The notes: generated by a model not told the origin, from the sequence alone. A stretch of DNA of 64,000 bases from Candidatus Entotheonellaceae bacterium (GCA_965238075.1 OZ250173.1:2432001-2496000); one strand, 5' to 3'. Counted from the stretch's first letter, positions 28,720-39,315 are shown. Numbers and translations are program-made.

Positions 28720-29175
28720 TTACGATTCCGTCGTCGTGTGCGGCCAAGTAATCCGGTCCGTCAGCGGCGGCGCCCCGGCCTGCTGCTGGGCTTGGGCAAT
28801 GGCCGTCAGCCAGGTGGTCAGGCGTTGGCAGCGGTTGCGCAGATCGTTGGGGGTATCGACATAGAGCCGGATCACCGCCCGCAGGCGGCTGGGGATATCC
28901 AGGTCGGGGTTGGCCACCATCTCCGGGTCCGCGGCCTGTTGTAGCACCAGGGCCAGGGCCTCCCGCCCACTGCTCAGCACGTTGCGGGCGTCTTCGATGG
29001 TCCGCTCGATCGCCAAGCGGGGCGTGCCGACGAGGTGCCCTTCGCGCCCCAACGCCTGCCAATCCACGGCGGCCAGTTCCGCCAAGGCCGGCCCGTACGT
29101 TTCGTGCAGCGCGTCGAGCTGGCGCAAGAGCGCTTCCACATTTCCCACCAAGTCGCTGAATTCATCTGAAGGCAT
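28720..29175 (-). CDS. Hypothetical helical protein
   Basis: GGGGAGGA RBS; follows uppP. Confidence 0.6.
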   Translation of the reverse strand: MPSDEFSDLVGNVEALLRQLDALHETYGPALAELAAVDWQALGREGHLVGTPRLAIERTIEDARNVLSSGREALALVLQQAADPEMVANPDLDIPSRLRAVIRLYVDTPNDLRNRCQRLTTWLTAIAQAQQQAGAPPLTDRITWPHTTTES

Positions 29176-29204
29176 GCGTTGCCATCCTCCCCGGGGTTGC
29201 CGGC

Positions 29205-29999
29205 TCAGCGCCACAGTAGCAAGACCGCGCCGGCTACGACGAGGCGATACCAGCCGAACGGCGCCAGGGTGTAACTGCCGAGCAGGCGAAGGAAAAACTT
29301 GACCGCCAGCCGCGCCGACAACCAGGCGACGGCAAAGCCGACGGCGAAGACCGGCAGGCTTTCGAGTTCCAGGTGTTGCCAGCTTTTCAGCAGGTCGTAC
29401 CCAATGGCGGCGAACATTACCGGCACGGCGGCGAGGAAGGAGTATTCGGTGGCCGTGCGGCGTTCAAGGCCGGCGATGCGCCCGCCGATGATGGTGGCCG
29501 CGGCGCGTGATACGCCGGGCCACAGCGACAGGCACTGGAACAGCCCGATCAGCAGCGCATCATGCCATTGCAAGGTGCCCAGACCTTCACGCCCGGGCCG
29601 CACCCACAGACGCTCGATCAACAGAATGGCCACTCCGCCGACGCCGAGCCCCAGGGCGACGGTGACGGGGTTGAACAGGTGCTGTTTGATGAAGCCATGT
29701 GCTGCGGCGCCGCATACCAGGGCGGGTAGGGTGGTGAGGCCGAGTAGCAGAAGCCCGCGGCTCCCCCCGAATTCGCTTTCCCGGCGTCCCGTCAGCAGGC
29801 TGCGGAAGCGGTCCCTGTAAAGTCCTACCACCGCCAGGATGGCGCCTGACTGAATGAATATCTGAAACGTTGCCGCCTGCGGTCCGCGCCAGTCGATCAG
29901 GTGCCCGACCACGATCATGTGTCCGGTGGACGAGACCGGGAGAAACTCCGTCAGCCCCTCAACGACGCCCAGGAGGACGGCCGACAGCACCATGAACAT
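29205..29999 (-). CDS. uppP: Undecaprenyl-diphosphate phosphatase
   Basis: GVVEGLTEFLPVSSTGH, PGVSR, EYSFLAAVP and FGWYR. Confidence 0.93.
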   Translation of the reverse strand: MFMVLSAVLLGVVEGLTEFLPVSSTGHMIVVGHLIDWRGPQAATFQIFIQSGAILAVVGLYRDRFRSLLTGRRESEFGGSRGLLLLGLTTLPALVCGAAAHGFIKQHLFNPVTVALGLGVGGVAILLIERLWVRPGREGLGTLQWHDALLIGLFQCLSLWPGVSRAAATIIGGRIAGLERRTATEYSFLAAVPVMFAAIGYDLLKSWQHLELESLPVFAVGFAVAWLSARLAVKFFLRLLGSYTLAPFGWYRLVVAGAVLLLWR

Positions 30000-30202
30000 G
30001 GACGGTTCTCCCAAACCCATTCCCGCGGCCTGCACCGCTGCCGAAAGCGGCATCCTAGCACAGCCCGCGATATGAGCAAAAGCCGCTCAGCCGCCAGCGA
30101 ACGGGCGCCCAGGGCGAAATATGCTACTATGCAAATGGTGTTCTCACCGTCTGAACTCAAGTCCTTATGCGGGGCGGAATCCCGCGTCGACGGAGCGTCG
30201 GC

Positions 30203-30757
30203 ATGACTCGAAACTTCATCCTGCTGCTTAGCGTTGCGTGTCTGGTCGTGGTGGCCGTCCTGTCTGGCGAACACGTCCTGTCCGGTACCTCCGAGGAGGG
30301 CGCGCTGGCCGCCGACGCGCAGACCATCATGCAGACCTTGCCGCATCTCAACGGCCCGCCGGTGACGCACGCCACGTTCGACGACAAGGTGCTCATCGTC
30401 ACCTTTTTCGCCAGTTGGTGCCCGCCCTGTCGCCAGGAGTTCGCGGACCTGAGCGACATCTACCTGCAACACCGCGAGGCCGGGCTGGAGGTCGTGGCTA
30501 TCAACCTATTCGAAGACTTCGACAACTTCTCCGACGATGAACGGCTGGCGACCTTTCTCGAACTGACCCAACCCCCCTTCACGGTGGTCAAAGGCAACGA
30601 CGCCATCTCGCAACAGTTCGGCACCATCCGGCGTATCCCCAGCCTGTTTGTTTTCGACCGTCAGGGCCGCCGGGTCCTGACATTCGCCCACGAGCGCGGC
30701 GCGCAAGCTACCCTCGACGCCGCGGCGCTGCGGCAAGTCATTTCACCGCTGCTGTAA
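30203..30757 (+). CDS. TlpA-family thiol:disulfide oxidoreductase, exported
   Basis: Signal/anchor sequence, FFASWCPPC and the cis-Pro motif IPS. Confidence 0.85.
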   Translation: MTRNFILLLSVACLVVVAVLSGEHVLSGTSEEGALAADAQTIMQTLPHLNGPPVTHATFDDKVLIVTFFASWCPPCRQEFADLSDIYLQHREAGLEVVAINLFEDFDNFSDDERLATFLELTQPPFTVVKGNDAISQQFGTIRRIPSLFVFDRQGRRVLTFAHERGAQATLDAAALRQVISPLL

Positions 30758-30795
30758 AGCGGATTCTCCCCAGCACACAAAAAGGAAGGTGAGCC

Positions 30796-31509
30796 ATGAG
30801 TCTTGCAGGCGTGCAGGCGCTGACGTTTGACGTGTTCGGCACGGTGGTTGATTGGCGCGGCAGCATCATTCGCGAGGGCGAGGCGTTGGGGGCAACGCAC
30901 GGCCTCGAGGTGGACTGGGCGGCGTTTGCCGACGCCTGGCGGGGCGACTACCGGCCGTCCATGGCGCGGGTGCGCAGCGGCGAGTTGCCGTGGACGAAAC
31001 TCGACGCCCTGCACCGGATGATCCTGGACGATCTACTCGAGAAACACGGCATCAGCACCCTGAACGAGGCCGACAAGCAGCACTGGAACCGCGTCTGGCA
31101 CCGTCTGACGCCGTGGCCGGATGCGGTGCCGGGGCTGACCCGCCTGCGGCAGCATTACGTGCTGGCGACGCTGTCGAACGGCAACGTGGCGCTGCTGACC
31201 AACATGGCCAAGCACGGCGGCCTGCCGTGGGATTGCATCCTGTCGGCGGAGATCGTGCGGCATTACAAGCCGGACCCGGAGACCTATCTGGGCGCTGCCG
31301 AGCTGCTGGGCCTGCAGCCCTCGGAGGTGATGATGGTGGCGGCGCACAAGTCGGACCTGAAAGCGGCCCAGGCCGTCGGCTTGCGCGCCGCCTTCGTGAC
31401 GCGTCCGCTCGAATACGGCCCCGGCGTCGAGGTGGACGTGGAGCCGGAACCGGCTTTCGATGTCCATGCTCATGATTTCAATGATCTCGCGGACCAGTTG
31501 GCGCGCTGA
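30796..31509 (+). CDS. Haloacid dehalogenase type II family
   Basis: FDVFGTVVDWR, LSNGN, YKP and MMVAAH..D. Confidence 0.9.
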   Translation: MSLAGVQALTFDVFGTVVDWRGSIIREGEALGATHGLEVDWAAFADAWRGDYRPSMARVRSGELPWTKLDALHRMILDDLLEKHGISTLNEADKQHWNRVWHRLTPWPDAVPGLTRLRQHYVLATLSNGNVALLTNMAKHGGLPWDCILSAEIVRHYKPDPETYLGAAELLGLQPSEVMMVAAHKSDLKAAQAVGLRAAFVTRPLEYGPGVEVDVEPEPAFDVHAHDFNDLADQLAR

Positions 31510-31525
31510 GACGGGGAGGTGAGCA

Positions 31526-32347
31526 TTGGTGCTGAGCGGGCAGATCGAAAAGATGGGGTCGCGGCTGGCGGAGCCGGTGGAATACCATCTGCCCATCGGT
31601 GACGAGCAGGTGGCGCTCAATCCCTTCCTGGGCCGCCGCCTGACCCTGAGCTACGCGGGCGTCATCACCTGCATTGCCTGCGGCGCCAAAACCAAGCGGA
31701 GCTTTTCGCAGGGGTATTGCTATCCCTGCTGCATGCGCCTGGCGCAGTGCGACCTGTGCATCGTCAAGCCCGAGACGTGCCACTACCACCTGGGCACGTG
31801 TCGCGAGCCGGAGTGGGGCGAGCAGCACTGCATGATTCCCCATTTCGTTTATCTGGCCAATGCCTCGGGGCTCAAGGTGGGCATTACCCGCACCTCGCAG
31901 GTGCCGACCCGCTGGATCGATCAGGGGGCGACGCAGGCGCTGGCCATTCTCAAGGTGCGGACGCGCCGCCAATCCGGCCTCATGGAGGCGGCGTTGAAAC
32001 AATACGTTGCCGACAAGACCAATTGGCAGGCGATGCTCAAGGGGCAAGCGGCCACTGTGGACTTGGCGCAGCAGCGCGATGGGCTGCTTGAACAGGTGGG
32101 CGGCGCGATTCAGGCCGTCAACGAACAGTTTGGCGGGTCCGTCGTCGAGGTGCTGGAGCGGCAGGCCGTGGACATCGCCTACCCGGTGCTCGAATACCCC
32201 GTCAAGGTGCGCTCGTTCAACCTCGACAAGAACCCCCAGGCCGAGGGGGTTCTGCAGGGCATCAAGGGCCAGTACCTCATCTTCGATACGGGCGTCATCA
32301 ACGTGCGTAAGTACACCGGTTATCACCTCACGCTTCAAGTCGATTGA
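31526..32347 (+). CDS. DUF2797 family protein
   Basis: CIACG..TKRSFSQGYCYPC, CH...GTCREPEWG, KVGITR, RWIDQGA and GIKGQYL. Confidence 0.85.
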   Translation: MVLSGQIEKMGSRLAEPVEYHLPIGDEQVALNPFLGRRLTLSYAGVITCIACGAKTKRSFSQGYCYPCCMRLAQCDLCIVKPETCHYHLGTCREPEWGEQHCMIPHFVYLANASGLKVGITRTSQVPTRWIDQGATQALAILKVRTRRQSGLMEAALKQYVADKTNWQAMLKGQAATVDLAQQRDGLLEQVGGAIQAVNEQFGGSVVEVLERQAVDIAYPVLEYPVKVRSFNLDKNPQAEGVLQGIKGQYLIFDTGVINVRKYTGYHLTLQVD

Positions 32348-32372
32348 TACGCAGCGCAACGGGGAGTGATTC

Positions 32373-33296
32373 ATGTCGGATATCGTGTTTGGAACGGCCT
32401 TGCAGACGGTAACGGACGTGGCGGGGTTTGCTCGTCGTGCCGAGGACCTCGGGTTTGATCTTCTGGGGTGTGGTGAGCACGTGATGTTTCACGGCCCGGT
32501 GGGCAATACGTTCATTTCCCTGTCGGTGGCGGCGGGCGCGACGCAGCGCATCCGGCTGCTGAGCTCGATTGTCCTGCTGCCGTTGTATCCTGCTGCTTTG
32601 GCCGCCAAGCTGGGCGCCGCGCTGGACGTGGCGTCGAACGGCAGATACAACTTCGGGGTGGGCGTCGGCGGCGAATTTCCCAAGGAGTTCGAGGCTTGCG
32701 GCGTGCCGGTCAATCAGCGCGGCGCCCGCACCAACGAGGCGCTTGAGGTTATTACCCGGCTGTGGACCGAACAAAACGTTACCTTTCAGGGCCGCTTCAC
32801 CACCACCAACGAGGTGACGATTTCCCCCGCGCCGCTGCAAAAGCCGCACCCGCCCATCTGGGTGGCGGGCCGCCGCGACGCCGCCATGAAACGCGCCGCG
32901 CGCTACGCCAACGGCTGGCTGCCGTATATGTACACACCGGAACAACTGCACGACAGCATCGAGACGATTACCCGCTACCGCCGCGAATTCGGCCGCGACA
33001 TGGCGGACTTCAACCCCGGCGTGTTCGTCTTCACCACGGTGCACCGCGACGGCGCCAAGGCCCGCCAGATGTGCAACGACAAGCTCAGCACCCAGTACGC
33101 GCAGGACTTCACCAAGCTGGTACCGCGCTACGGCCTGGCCGGTACCCCGGAAGAATGCCGCAAACGCCTGCAGGAATATATCGACGCCGGGGCGCGCACG
33201 ATCATCCTGCCCGCCGCCGGCCCGGCCGATTACAACGACGAGAACCTCGCCATGATCGCGCAGGAAGTCATCCCGGCGTTTCGCGGCGGGCGTTAG
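32373..33296 (+). CDS. Luciferase-like (LLM) flavin-dependent oxidoreductase
   Basis: AEDLGFD...GEH, LDVASNGR, EF..CGV, PPIWVAG and RAARYANGW. Confidence 0.88.
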   Translation: MSDIVFGTALQTVTDVAGFARRAEDLGFDLLGCGEHVMFHGPVGNTFISLSVAAGATQRIRLLSSIVLLPLYPAALAAKLGAALDVASNGRYNFGVGVGGEFPKEFEACGVPVNQRGARTNEALEVITRLWTEQNVTFQGRFTTTNEVTISPAPLQKPHPPIWVAGRRDAAMKRAARYANGWLPYMYTPEQLHDSIETITRYRREFGRDMADFNPGVFVFTTVHRDGAKARQMCNDKLSTQYAQDFTKLVPRYGLAGTPEECRKRLQEYIDAGARTIILPAAGPADYNDENLAMIAQEVIPAFRGGR

Positions 33297-33346
33297 AGCC
33301 TTTGCCAAACCAAGACATTACGATGGCCGTTAAACAAGACCTCAAG

Positions 33347-33371
33347 GTGGAGCAGACATTCTTGTCTGCTC
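33347..33371 (+). repeat. REP palindrome 1
   Basis: GTG-GAGCAGACA-TTCT-TGTCTGCTC (GTGG start, 9-bp stem). Confidence 0.8.
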
Positions 33372-34004
33372 ACGACCTGTCTACTCATAAACATCAGACC
33401 GAAACGCCTGCGAGGCCGTCTTCATCATCCGCGCTCACCACAACCCGCCGCCGTCTTCCCCACTGGAAAAAGGACGGCTCCATCTACTGGATCACCTTCC
33501 GCCTTGCCGACGCCATCCCGCAAGACAAACGCCGCGCCTGGAAACGGGAGCGCGACATTTGGCTCGGACTTCATCCCGAACCGCGGAGCGAAGCGGATTG
33601 GAAGGAACACGACCAACGTTTCGGCGAAAAGATCGAAGCCTGGCTCGACGCCGGCATGGGTTCACACGCCCTGGCAAGGCCCGACATCCGTGAAGCCGTC
33701 AAAAAATGCCTGTTGCGTTTCAACGGAGAAAGGCTACTTCTGCACGCTGCCGTCATCATGCCAACACACGTTCACCTCCTGCTGGAACCGCTTAATGGCC
33801 ACGACCTCTCCCGGCTCTTGCAAGGCACCAAAGGGGCCAGCGCCCGTGAGGCGAACAAACTGCGCGCCGCCGCCGGAACCTTCTGGCTCGACGAATCTTT
33901 CGACCACATCGTGCGCAGCGAAAAACAGTACCAGCGCTTCGTCCGCTACATCGCCGACAACCCCGTGAAAGCGGAATTGAAAAACGACGAATACTGGCTC
34001 TATC

Positions 34005-34070
34005 AGGGTGGCGCAGACATTCCTGTCCGCGCGTTGGGAGAAAGGCAGACAGGAATGTCTGCCTCACCCT
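34005..34070. repeat. Inverted REP doublet (REPIN-like)
   Basis: GTGGCGCAGACATTCCTGTCCGCGC (34008-34032), followed by the inverted copy AGGCAGACAGGAATGTCTGCCTCAC (34043-34067). Confidence 0.8.
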
Positions 34071-34119
34071 CTCTTTCTCAACGTCTTGACAGACTCACCA
34101 ACTCATAAAGGAACCGCAC

Positions 34120-35268
34120 ATGGCTGAGTCGTACGATCTGCTCCTCAAGAATGGTGACCTCCTCGATCCGTCACAGGACATGCGGCGGCACGGCGACATC
34201 GCCTTTCGCGACGGCCGGGTGGCCGCCATCGAGGCCGACATTCCGGTCACCGAGGCGTCCGAGGTGATCGACGTGAGAGGCCACCTGGTGACGCCGGGGC
34301 TCATCGACATCCACGGTCATTTCTACTACCGCGGCTGGCCCGGCGCGGTGGACCCGGACGTTGCCTGCCTGCCGTCGGGGGTGACCACCGCGGTGGACGC
34401 CGGCAGCACCGGGTGGGGCAACTACGCGGCCTTACGCGACTACGTGATGCGCGATTCGCACACGCGGCTGTATGCCTTCGTGCACCTGTGCGCCACCGGC
34501 CTGACGTCGCTTACGGCGCGCGTCGGCGAGTTACAGAATCTGGCCTTTGCGCAGACCGACCAAGCTATTCGCTGCATCGGAGACAACCCGGATCAGACGC
34601 TGGGCGTCAAGGTGCGCATCGATCACCGCGCTACCGGCGAGGCCAACGCCCTGCCGGCCTTGCAAATGGCGCGCGAGGTGGCGGACGCGACGCAATCGCA
34701 GATGATGGTGCACGTCAGCGGCACGCCCGTGCCCCTGGTGCGACTCTTCGATTTCATGCGTCCCGGCGACGTCGCCACGCACATCCTCAACGGTCACGCG
34801 CATAACGTTCTGGACGGCAACGGACGGATTCGTGACGGGGTGCGGGAGGCTCGGGAGCGGGGGGTCGTGCTGGACGTGGGGCACGCCGGGGTGCATTTCG
34901 ACCTCAACGTGGCGCGCGCCGCGGTGGCGCAGGAGTTCTGGCCGGACACGCTGAGCACCGACATCCACACACCGCCGCCCGACCGCGTGGTCTACGACCT
35001 GCTCGGCGTCATGTCCACATTTCTGGCGCTGGAGATGCCTTTGGAAGCGGTGGTTGCCAGCGTCACCAGCAAGGCCGCCGTGGCCATCGGCAAGCCGGAA
35101 TTGGGCAGCCTGAGGGTCGGCAGTCCCGGCGACGCCGCGGTTCTGGAACTCCAGGAGGGCGAGTTCAGTTTCGTGGACGCGGCGGGCAACGAGGTGCCCG
35201 CCGGTCAGCGGCTGCATGCGGTGCTGACGGTCAAGGGCGGGCGCCGCTGGCGCGCGCAGGCGGCCTGA
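34120..35268 (+). CDS. Amidohydrolase/deacetylase family metallohydrolase (dihydroorotase-like)
   Basis: PGLIDIHGH, GVTTAVDAGS, GVKVR, DVGH and LSTD. Confidence 0.85.
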   Translation: MAESYDLLLKNGDLLDPSQDMRRHGDIAFRDGRVAAIEADIPVTEASEVIDVRGHLVTPGLIDIHGHFYYRGWPGAVDPDVACLPSGVTTAVDAGSTGWGNYAALRDYVMRDSHTRLYAFVHLCATGLTSLTARVGELQNLAFAQTDQAIRCIGDNPDQTLGVKVRIDHRATGEANALPALQMAREVADATQSQMMVHVSGTPVPLVRLFDFMRPGDVATHILNGHAHNVLDGNGRIRDGVREARERGVVLDVGHAGVHFDLNVARAAVAQEFWPDTLSTDIHTPPPDRVVYDLLGVMSTFLALEMPLEAVVASVTSKAAVAIGKPELGSLRVGSPGDAAVLELQEGEFSFVDAAGNEVPAGQRLHAVLTVKGGRRWRAQAA

Positions 35269-35281
35269 CCCGCGCCGCGTT

Positions 35282-37186
35282 TCAGGCTTGCAGGTCCGCT
35301 TTCATCTCCTGCCACGCCTGCCGGGCGTCCTCGACCGAGCCTTCCTCTTCAATCGTGGTGATGTCGCCCGGATCCTGGTCCAGAACGACCGATTTCAGCA
35401 CCCGCCGCATGATTTTGCCGCTGCGTGTCTTGGGCAGCGTGTTGACGAAATTCAACTCGCCGATGACGGCCACGGGCCCCAACTCCCGGCGCACCGTGGC
35501 CAGCAATTCCTGCCGGATTTCCTCCGACGGCTGATAATCCGCCTTGAGTGCCACGAACGCCGAGATCACCTCGCTGCGCAGCGCGTCGGGCCGACCGGTA
35601 ACGCCGACCTCGGCGACGCCGGGATGCCTGAGAAAGGCGGTCTCCACCTCAATGGTGCCCAGCCGGTGGGCGGCGATCTTGATGATCTCGTCGGCACGGC
35701 CGGCGAACCAGACGTAGCCGTCCTCGTCGATGTGGGCCGAGTCGCCCGTGTAGTAGACGCCCGAAATGCGTTCCCAATAATCGGCGCCGTAGCGCTCCGG
35801 CTCGCCCCACAGCATCGGGGTCAGGCCGGGGAAGGGCCGCTTGATACCCATGATGCCCTTCTCGCCCGGCGCGCACGGCTCGCCTTCGGGGGTCATGACC
35901 ACCGCCTCGACGCCCGGCATGGGGATGCCCGACGAGCCGGGCTTGATGGGCAACATCCCCAGCCCGTACGGATTGCCGAACACCGGGCCGCCCGTTTCGG
36001 TCTGCCACATGTGGTCCATCACCGGCACCCGGTCGCCCAGGGCTTCCTTCTGCAGCCATTCCCAGACCGGCGCGTTGAGCACCTCGCCGGCGCAGAACAC
36101 ACGCTCCAGCAGCGACAGGTCGTAGCGCTTCACCGGCTCGCTGCCGTAGCGCATCAGCAGCCGCACCGCGGTGGGCGAGGTGAACACGCCGGTGACGCCG
36201 AATTCCTCCATCACCTGCCACAGGACCTCCGGGCTGGGGTGGTCCAGCGCGCCCTCGTAGACGATGGTCGTGCAGCCGCGCAGCAGGGGCGCGTACACGA
36301 TGTAGCTGTGGCCGACCACCCAGCCGATGTCGGAGGTGGACCACCAGACGTCGGTCGGCTTCATGCCGAAGCACCAGTTCCCCATGCTGTGGACGTGAAC
36401 CTGGTAGCCGCCGTGCATGGAGACGACCAGCTTCGGCTTGGCGGTGGTGCCGGAGGTGGCGAGGATGTAGGCCGGTTCGTTGGATTCCATGGCCACGTGG
36501 CCGCCGTCGTGGCCTTCGCCGCGTTGCAGGAAATCGTCCCAATCGAGGTCGCGGTCGGAGGCCGGGGCTTGGCTGTCGGCGCTGCGGCGCAGGACCACGA
36601 CGTGCTCCACGCCGTCGCCGCCGGTTTGCATCGCAGCGTCAACGATGCCCTTCAGCGGCACGTCGTTGCCCTTGCGGAACGTGATGTCGGTGGTGAACAG
36701 CAGCCGCGAGCCGCTGGCCTGCACGCGCTCGGCCAGGGCGCCGGCGCCGAATCCGGCGAAGACCACCGAGTGGATGGCGCCGATGCGCACGGTGGCCAGC
36801 ATCAGCATGATGGCTTCCGGGCAGGTGGGCATGTAGATGGTGACGCGGTCGCCCTTGCCGATGCCCAGCCCGCGCAGGGCGGCGGCGATGCGGGCCACCT
36901 GGCGCGTCAGCTGGGTGTAGGTGAACACGCGCCGCTCCAGCCGTTCGTTGGCGTAGATCATGGCGGTGTGGCCGCCCCAGCCCTGCGCCACGTGGTGGTC
37001 CAGGCAGTTGTAGGCCAGGTTGGTCTCGGCGTTCAGGAACCAGCGGAAGTTGGGGTAATTCCACTCGAAGACGCGGTCCCATTTGCGGAACCAGGGCAAC
37101 TGCTCGGCGGCGGCGGCCCAGAACGCCTCGGGGTCCGCCTGTGCCCGTTCCAACCATTGCCGCACGATCGGATTGATCAGGTCCAT
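35282..37186 (-). CDS. acs: Acetate/propionate-CoA ligase
   Basis: TSGTTAKPK, DIGWVVGH, WQTETG, GRADE and PKTRSGKIMRR. Confidence 0.85.
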   Translation of the reverse strand: MDLINPIVRQWLERAQADPEAFWAAAAEQLPWFRKWDRVFEWNYPNFRWFLNAETNLAYNCLDHHVAQGWGGHTAMIYANERLERRVFTYTQLTRQVARIAAALRGLGIGKGDRVTIYMPTCPEAIMLMLATVRIGAIHSVVFAGFGAGALAERVQASGSRLLFTTDITFRKGNDVPLKGIVDAAMQTGGDGVEHVVVLRRSADSQAPASDRDLDWDDFLQRGEGHDGGHVAMESNEPAYILATSGTTAKPKLVVSMHGGYQVHVHSMGNWCFGMKPTDVWWSTSDIGWVVGHSYIVYAPLLRGCTTIVYEGALDHPSPEVLWQVMEEFGVTGVFTSPTAVRLLMRYGSEPVKRYDLSLLERVFCAGEVLNAPVWEWLQKEALGDRVPVMDHMWQTETGGPVFGNPYGLGMLPIKPGSSGIPMPGVEAVVMTPEGEPCAPGEKGIMGIKRPFPGLTPMLWGEPERYGADYWERISGVYYTGDSAHIDEDGYVWFAGRADEIIKIAAHRLGTIEVETAFLRHPGVAEVGVTGRPDALRSEVISAFVALKADYQPSEEIRQELLATVRRELGPVAVIGELNFVNTLPKTRSGKIMRRVLKSVVLDQDPGDITTIEEEGSVEDARQAWQEMKADLQA

Positions 37187-37196
37187 TGCCGCTTCC

Positions 37197-37460
37197 TTAT
37201 GAGGTTGGAGGTGTGAGGCCGTCGAACACCGTGCTGCGCAGGGCCATGCGGGCGCTCAGGAGGCCGGCCAGCAGGCCGTCTTCAAAGTTGAACGTGGCAT
37301 CGTCCGACACCTCGGGGTGATCCTGCGGGTCCTGCAGCTCGTCCGGGCTGATATGCGGCAGGATGTCCAGCGCCACGTCCCGCACCTTGTCGCGCTGCTG
37401 GCTGATCATGCGCTCGAGAACCTCTTCGACGTCGGCGAAGAGTTGTTGCAATTCGGGCAT
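37197..37460 (-). CDS. Hypothetical protein
   Basis: GAGGAG RBS; lies directly upstream of acs. Confidence 0.65.
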   Translation of the reverse strand: MPELQQLFADVEEVLERMISQQRDKVRDVALDILPHISPDELQDPQDHPEVSDDATFNFEDGLLAGLLSARMALRSTVFDGLTPPTS

Positions 37461-37619
37461 GGTGTCTCCTCGTTTCAATCCTCACCGGTCTGCGAAGGCC
37501 GGTGCTGCGAGCGACCGCGGCGGGGGCAGGCGAGGGCTGTCGGGGAATTCCTGTTATATGTTGCAGAGCGAAGCATCATAGCATATCCGCTCGCCGCCAA
37601 GGCCGCCGCGGGTTTTCCT

Positions 37620-37648
37620 TTGAAAGCGGCGGGGCGATACTCTAGGAT
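37620..37648 (+). promoter_or_regulatory. Sigma-70-like promoter
   Basis: TTGAAA-N17-TAGGAT upstream of the gene at 37705. Confidence 0.45.
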
Positions 37649-37704
37649 AGTCGCCCGGCCAAAGAGCCTGGCCGAGAGCGTCCACCGTGTACGGGAGATT
37701 TGCT

Positions 37705-39315
37705 ATGGTGCAGACAGCGGTCAATTACACCCCGCTCACCCCCCTGAGTTTCCTCGCCCGCACTGCGAGCGTCTATCCTGACAAAACAGCCGTTGTCTAC
37801 AACGATACGCGCTACACATACCGGCAACTGCGCCATCGGGTGAACCGGCTGGCGACCGCTTTGCATGGCATCGGCGTGGTCAAGGGCGACCGCGTCGCCT
37901 TCCTGTGTCCCAACATTCCGCCTATGTTGGAGGCGCACTTCGGCGTGCCCCTGGCCGCGGCGATTCTGGTGGGCATCAATACCCGGTTGTCGTCGCCGGA
38001 AATCGCCTACATTATCAACCATTCCGGTTGCAAGGTGCTGTGCGTCGACGCGGAATTGGCGGCGTTGATCCGCCCGGTGCGGGGCCAGTTGACCAGCGTC
38101 GAGACGGTCGTGAATATCCGGGACGGCGATATCGGCGAGCCCCTGGATGAGGGGACGGATTACGAGTCGTTTCTGGCGACCGGCACGGACGCGTTGCTGG
38201 AAAGCCCGGTGCAGGACGAAAACGAGCCGATCAGCATCAATTACACCAGCGGCACCACCGGCAACCCCAAAGGGGTGCTGTACACGCACCGCAGCGGCTA
38301 CCTGAACGCCATGACCGCGGCGCTGGAGGTCGGCATGAGTTACCGCTCGACCTACCTGTGGACGCTGCCCATGTTTCACTGCAACGGCTGGTGCTTCCCG
38401 TGGGGCGTGACTGCGGTGGGCGCGACGCACGTCTGCCTGCGGCGGCTGGAACCGGCCAGGGTGTTCGACCTCATCGAAGCGGAGAAGGTGTCCCATCTGT
38501 GCGGCGCGCCTGTGGTGCTGATTTCCCTGGTCAACCATCCGCGCGCCAAAACTGCCGTCTTCCCCCGCAAGCTGCACGTTGTTACCGCCGCGGCGCCGCC
38601 GTCCCCGACGATTATCGCCAACATGGAAGCGCTCGGCGCCGAGATTTTCCACGTCTACGGACTCACCGAGACCTACGGCCCGCACAGCATCTGCGCCTGG
38701 CACGAGGAGTGGGACGACCTGCCGGTTGACGAGCGAGCGCGCAAGAAGGCGCGGCAGGGCGTGCCCTATATTACCGCCGGCGAGATGCGCGTGGTGGATG
38801 ACAACATGCACGACGTGCCCGCCGATGCCGAAACCCTCGGCGAGGTGGTGATGCGCGGCAACAACGTCATGCTCGGCTACCACCAGCAGCCCGAGGTGAC
38901 CGCCGAAGCCTTCCGCGGCGGCTGGTTCCACAGTGGCGACCTGGCCGTCATGCACCTGGACGGCTACGTCGAGCTGCGCGACCGCAAGAAGGACATCATC
39001 ATCAGCGGCGGCGAGAATATCTCGACCATCGAGGTGGAGAACACCATCTACCGTCATCCGGACGTGCAGGAGGTGTCGGTCATCGCCATCCCGGACGAAG
39101 AATGGGGCGAGGTGCCCAAGGCGTTCGTGGTGCCCAAGCCGGGCACGCAGCCGACGGAGGCCGACATCATCCAGTTCTGCCGCGACCACATAGCGCACTT
39201 CAAGTGCCCGAAGGCGGTGGAATTCGGCGACCTGCCGAAGACCTCGACCGGCAAGGTGAAAAAGTTCGCGCTGCGGGAGAAAGAGTGGAAGGGGCTTGAG
39301 ACCCGCATCAACTAG
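37705..39315 (+). CDS. Acyl-CoA synthetase (AMP-binding)
   Basis: YTSGTTGNPKG, PMFHCNGW, YGLTE, DRKKDIIISGGENIS and PKTSTGK. Confidence 0.92.
   Translation: MVQTAVNYTPLTPLSFLARTASVYPDKTAVVYNDTRYTYRQLRHRVNRLATALHGIGVVKGDRVAFLCPNIPPMLEAHFGVPLAAAILVGINTRLSSPEIAYIINHSGCKVLCVDAELAALIRPVRGQLTSVETVVNIRDGDIGEPLDEGTDYESFLATGTDALLESPVQDENEPISINYTSGTTGNPKGVLYTHRSGYLNAMTAALEVGMSYRSTYLWTLPMFHCNGWCFPWGVTAVGATHVCLRRLEPARVFDLIEAEKVSHLCGAPVVLISLVNHPRAKTAVFPRKLHVVTAAAPPSPTIIANMEALGAEIFHVYGLTETYGPHSICAWHEEWDDLPVDERARKKARQGVPYITAGEMRVVDDNMHDVPADAETLGEVVMRGNNVMLGYHQQPEVTAEAFRGGWFHSGDLAVMHLDGYVELRDRKKDIIISGGENISTIEVENTIYRHPDVQEVSVIAIPDEEWGEVPKAFVVPKPGTQPTEADIIQFCRDHIAHFKCPKAVEFGDLPKTSTGKVKKFALREKEWKGLETRIN

Larger units (their letters stand above)
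33323..34108 (+). mobile_element. REP-associated tyrosine transposase (RAYT, IS200-like HUH)
   Basis: RLPHW..IYWITFRL, HUH motif IMPTHVHLL, FW..ESFDHIVR and catalytic YIADNPVKA; REP palindromes at both ends. Confidence 0.85.

Noticed and set aside
32762-33322. Long N-terminal extension of the RAYT ORF
   Set aside because: It overlaps the LLM oxidoreductase in another frame; a high-GC artefact.
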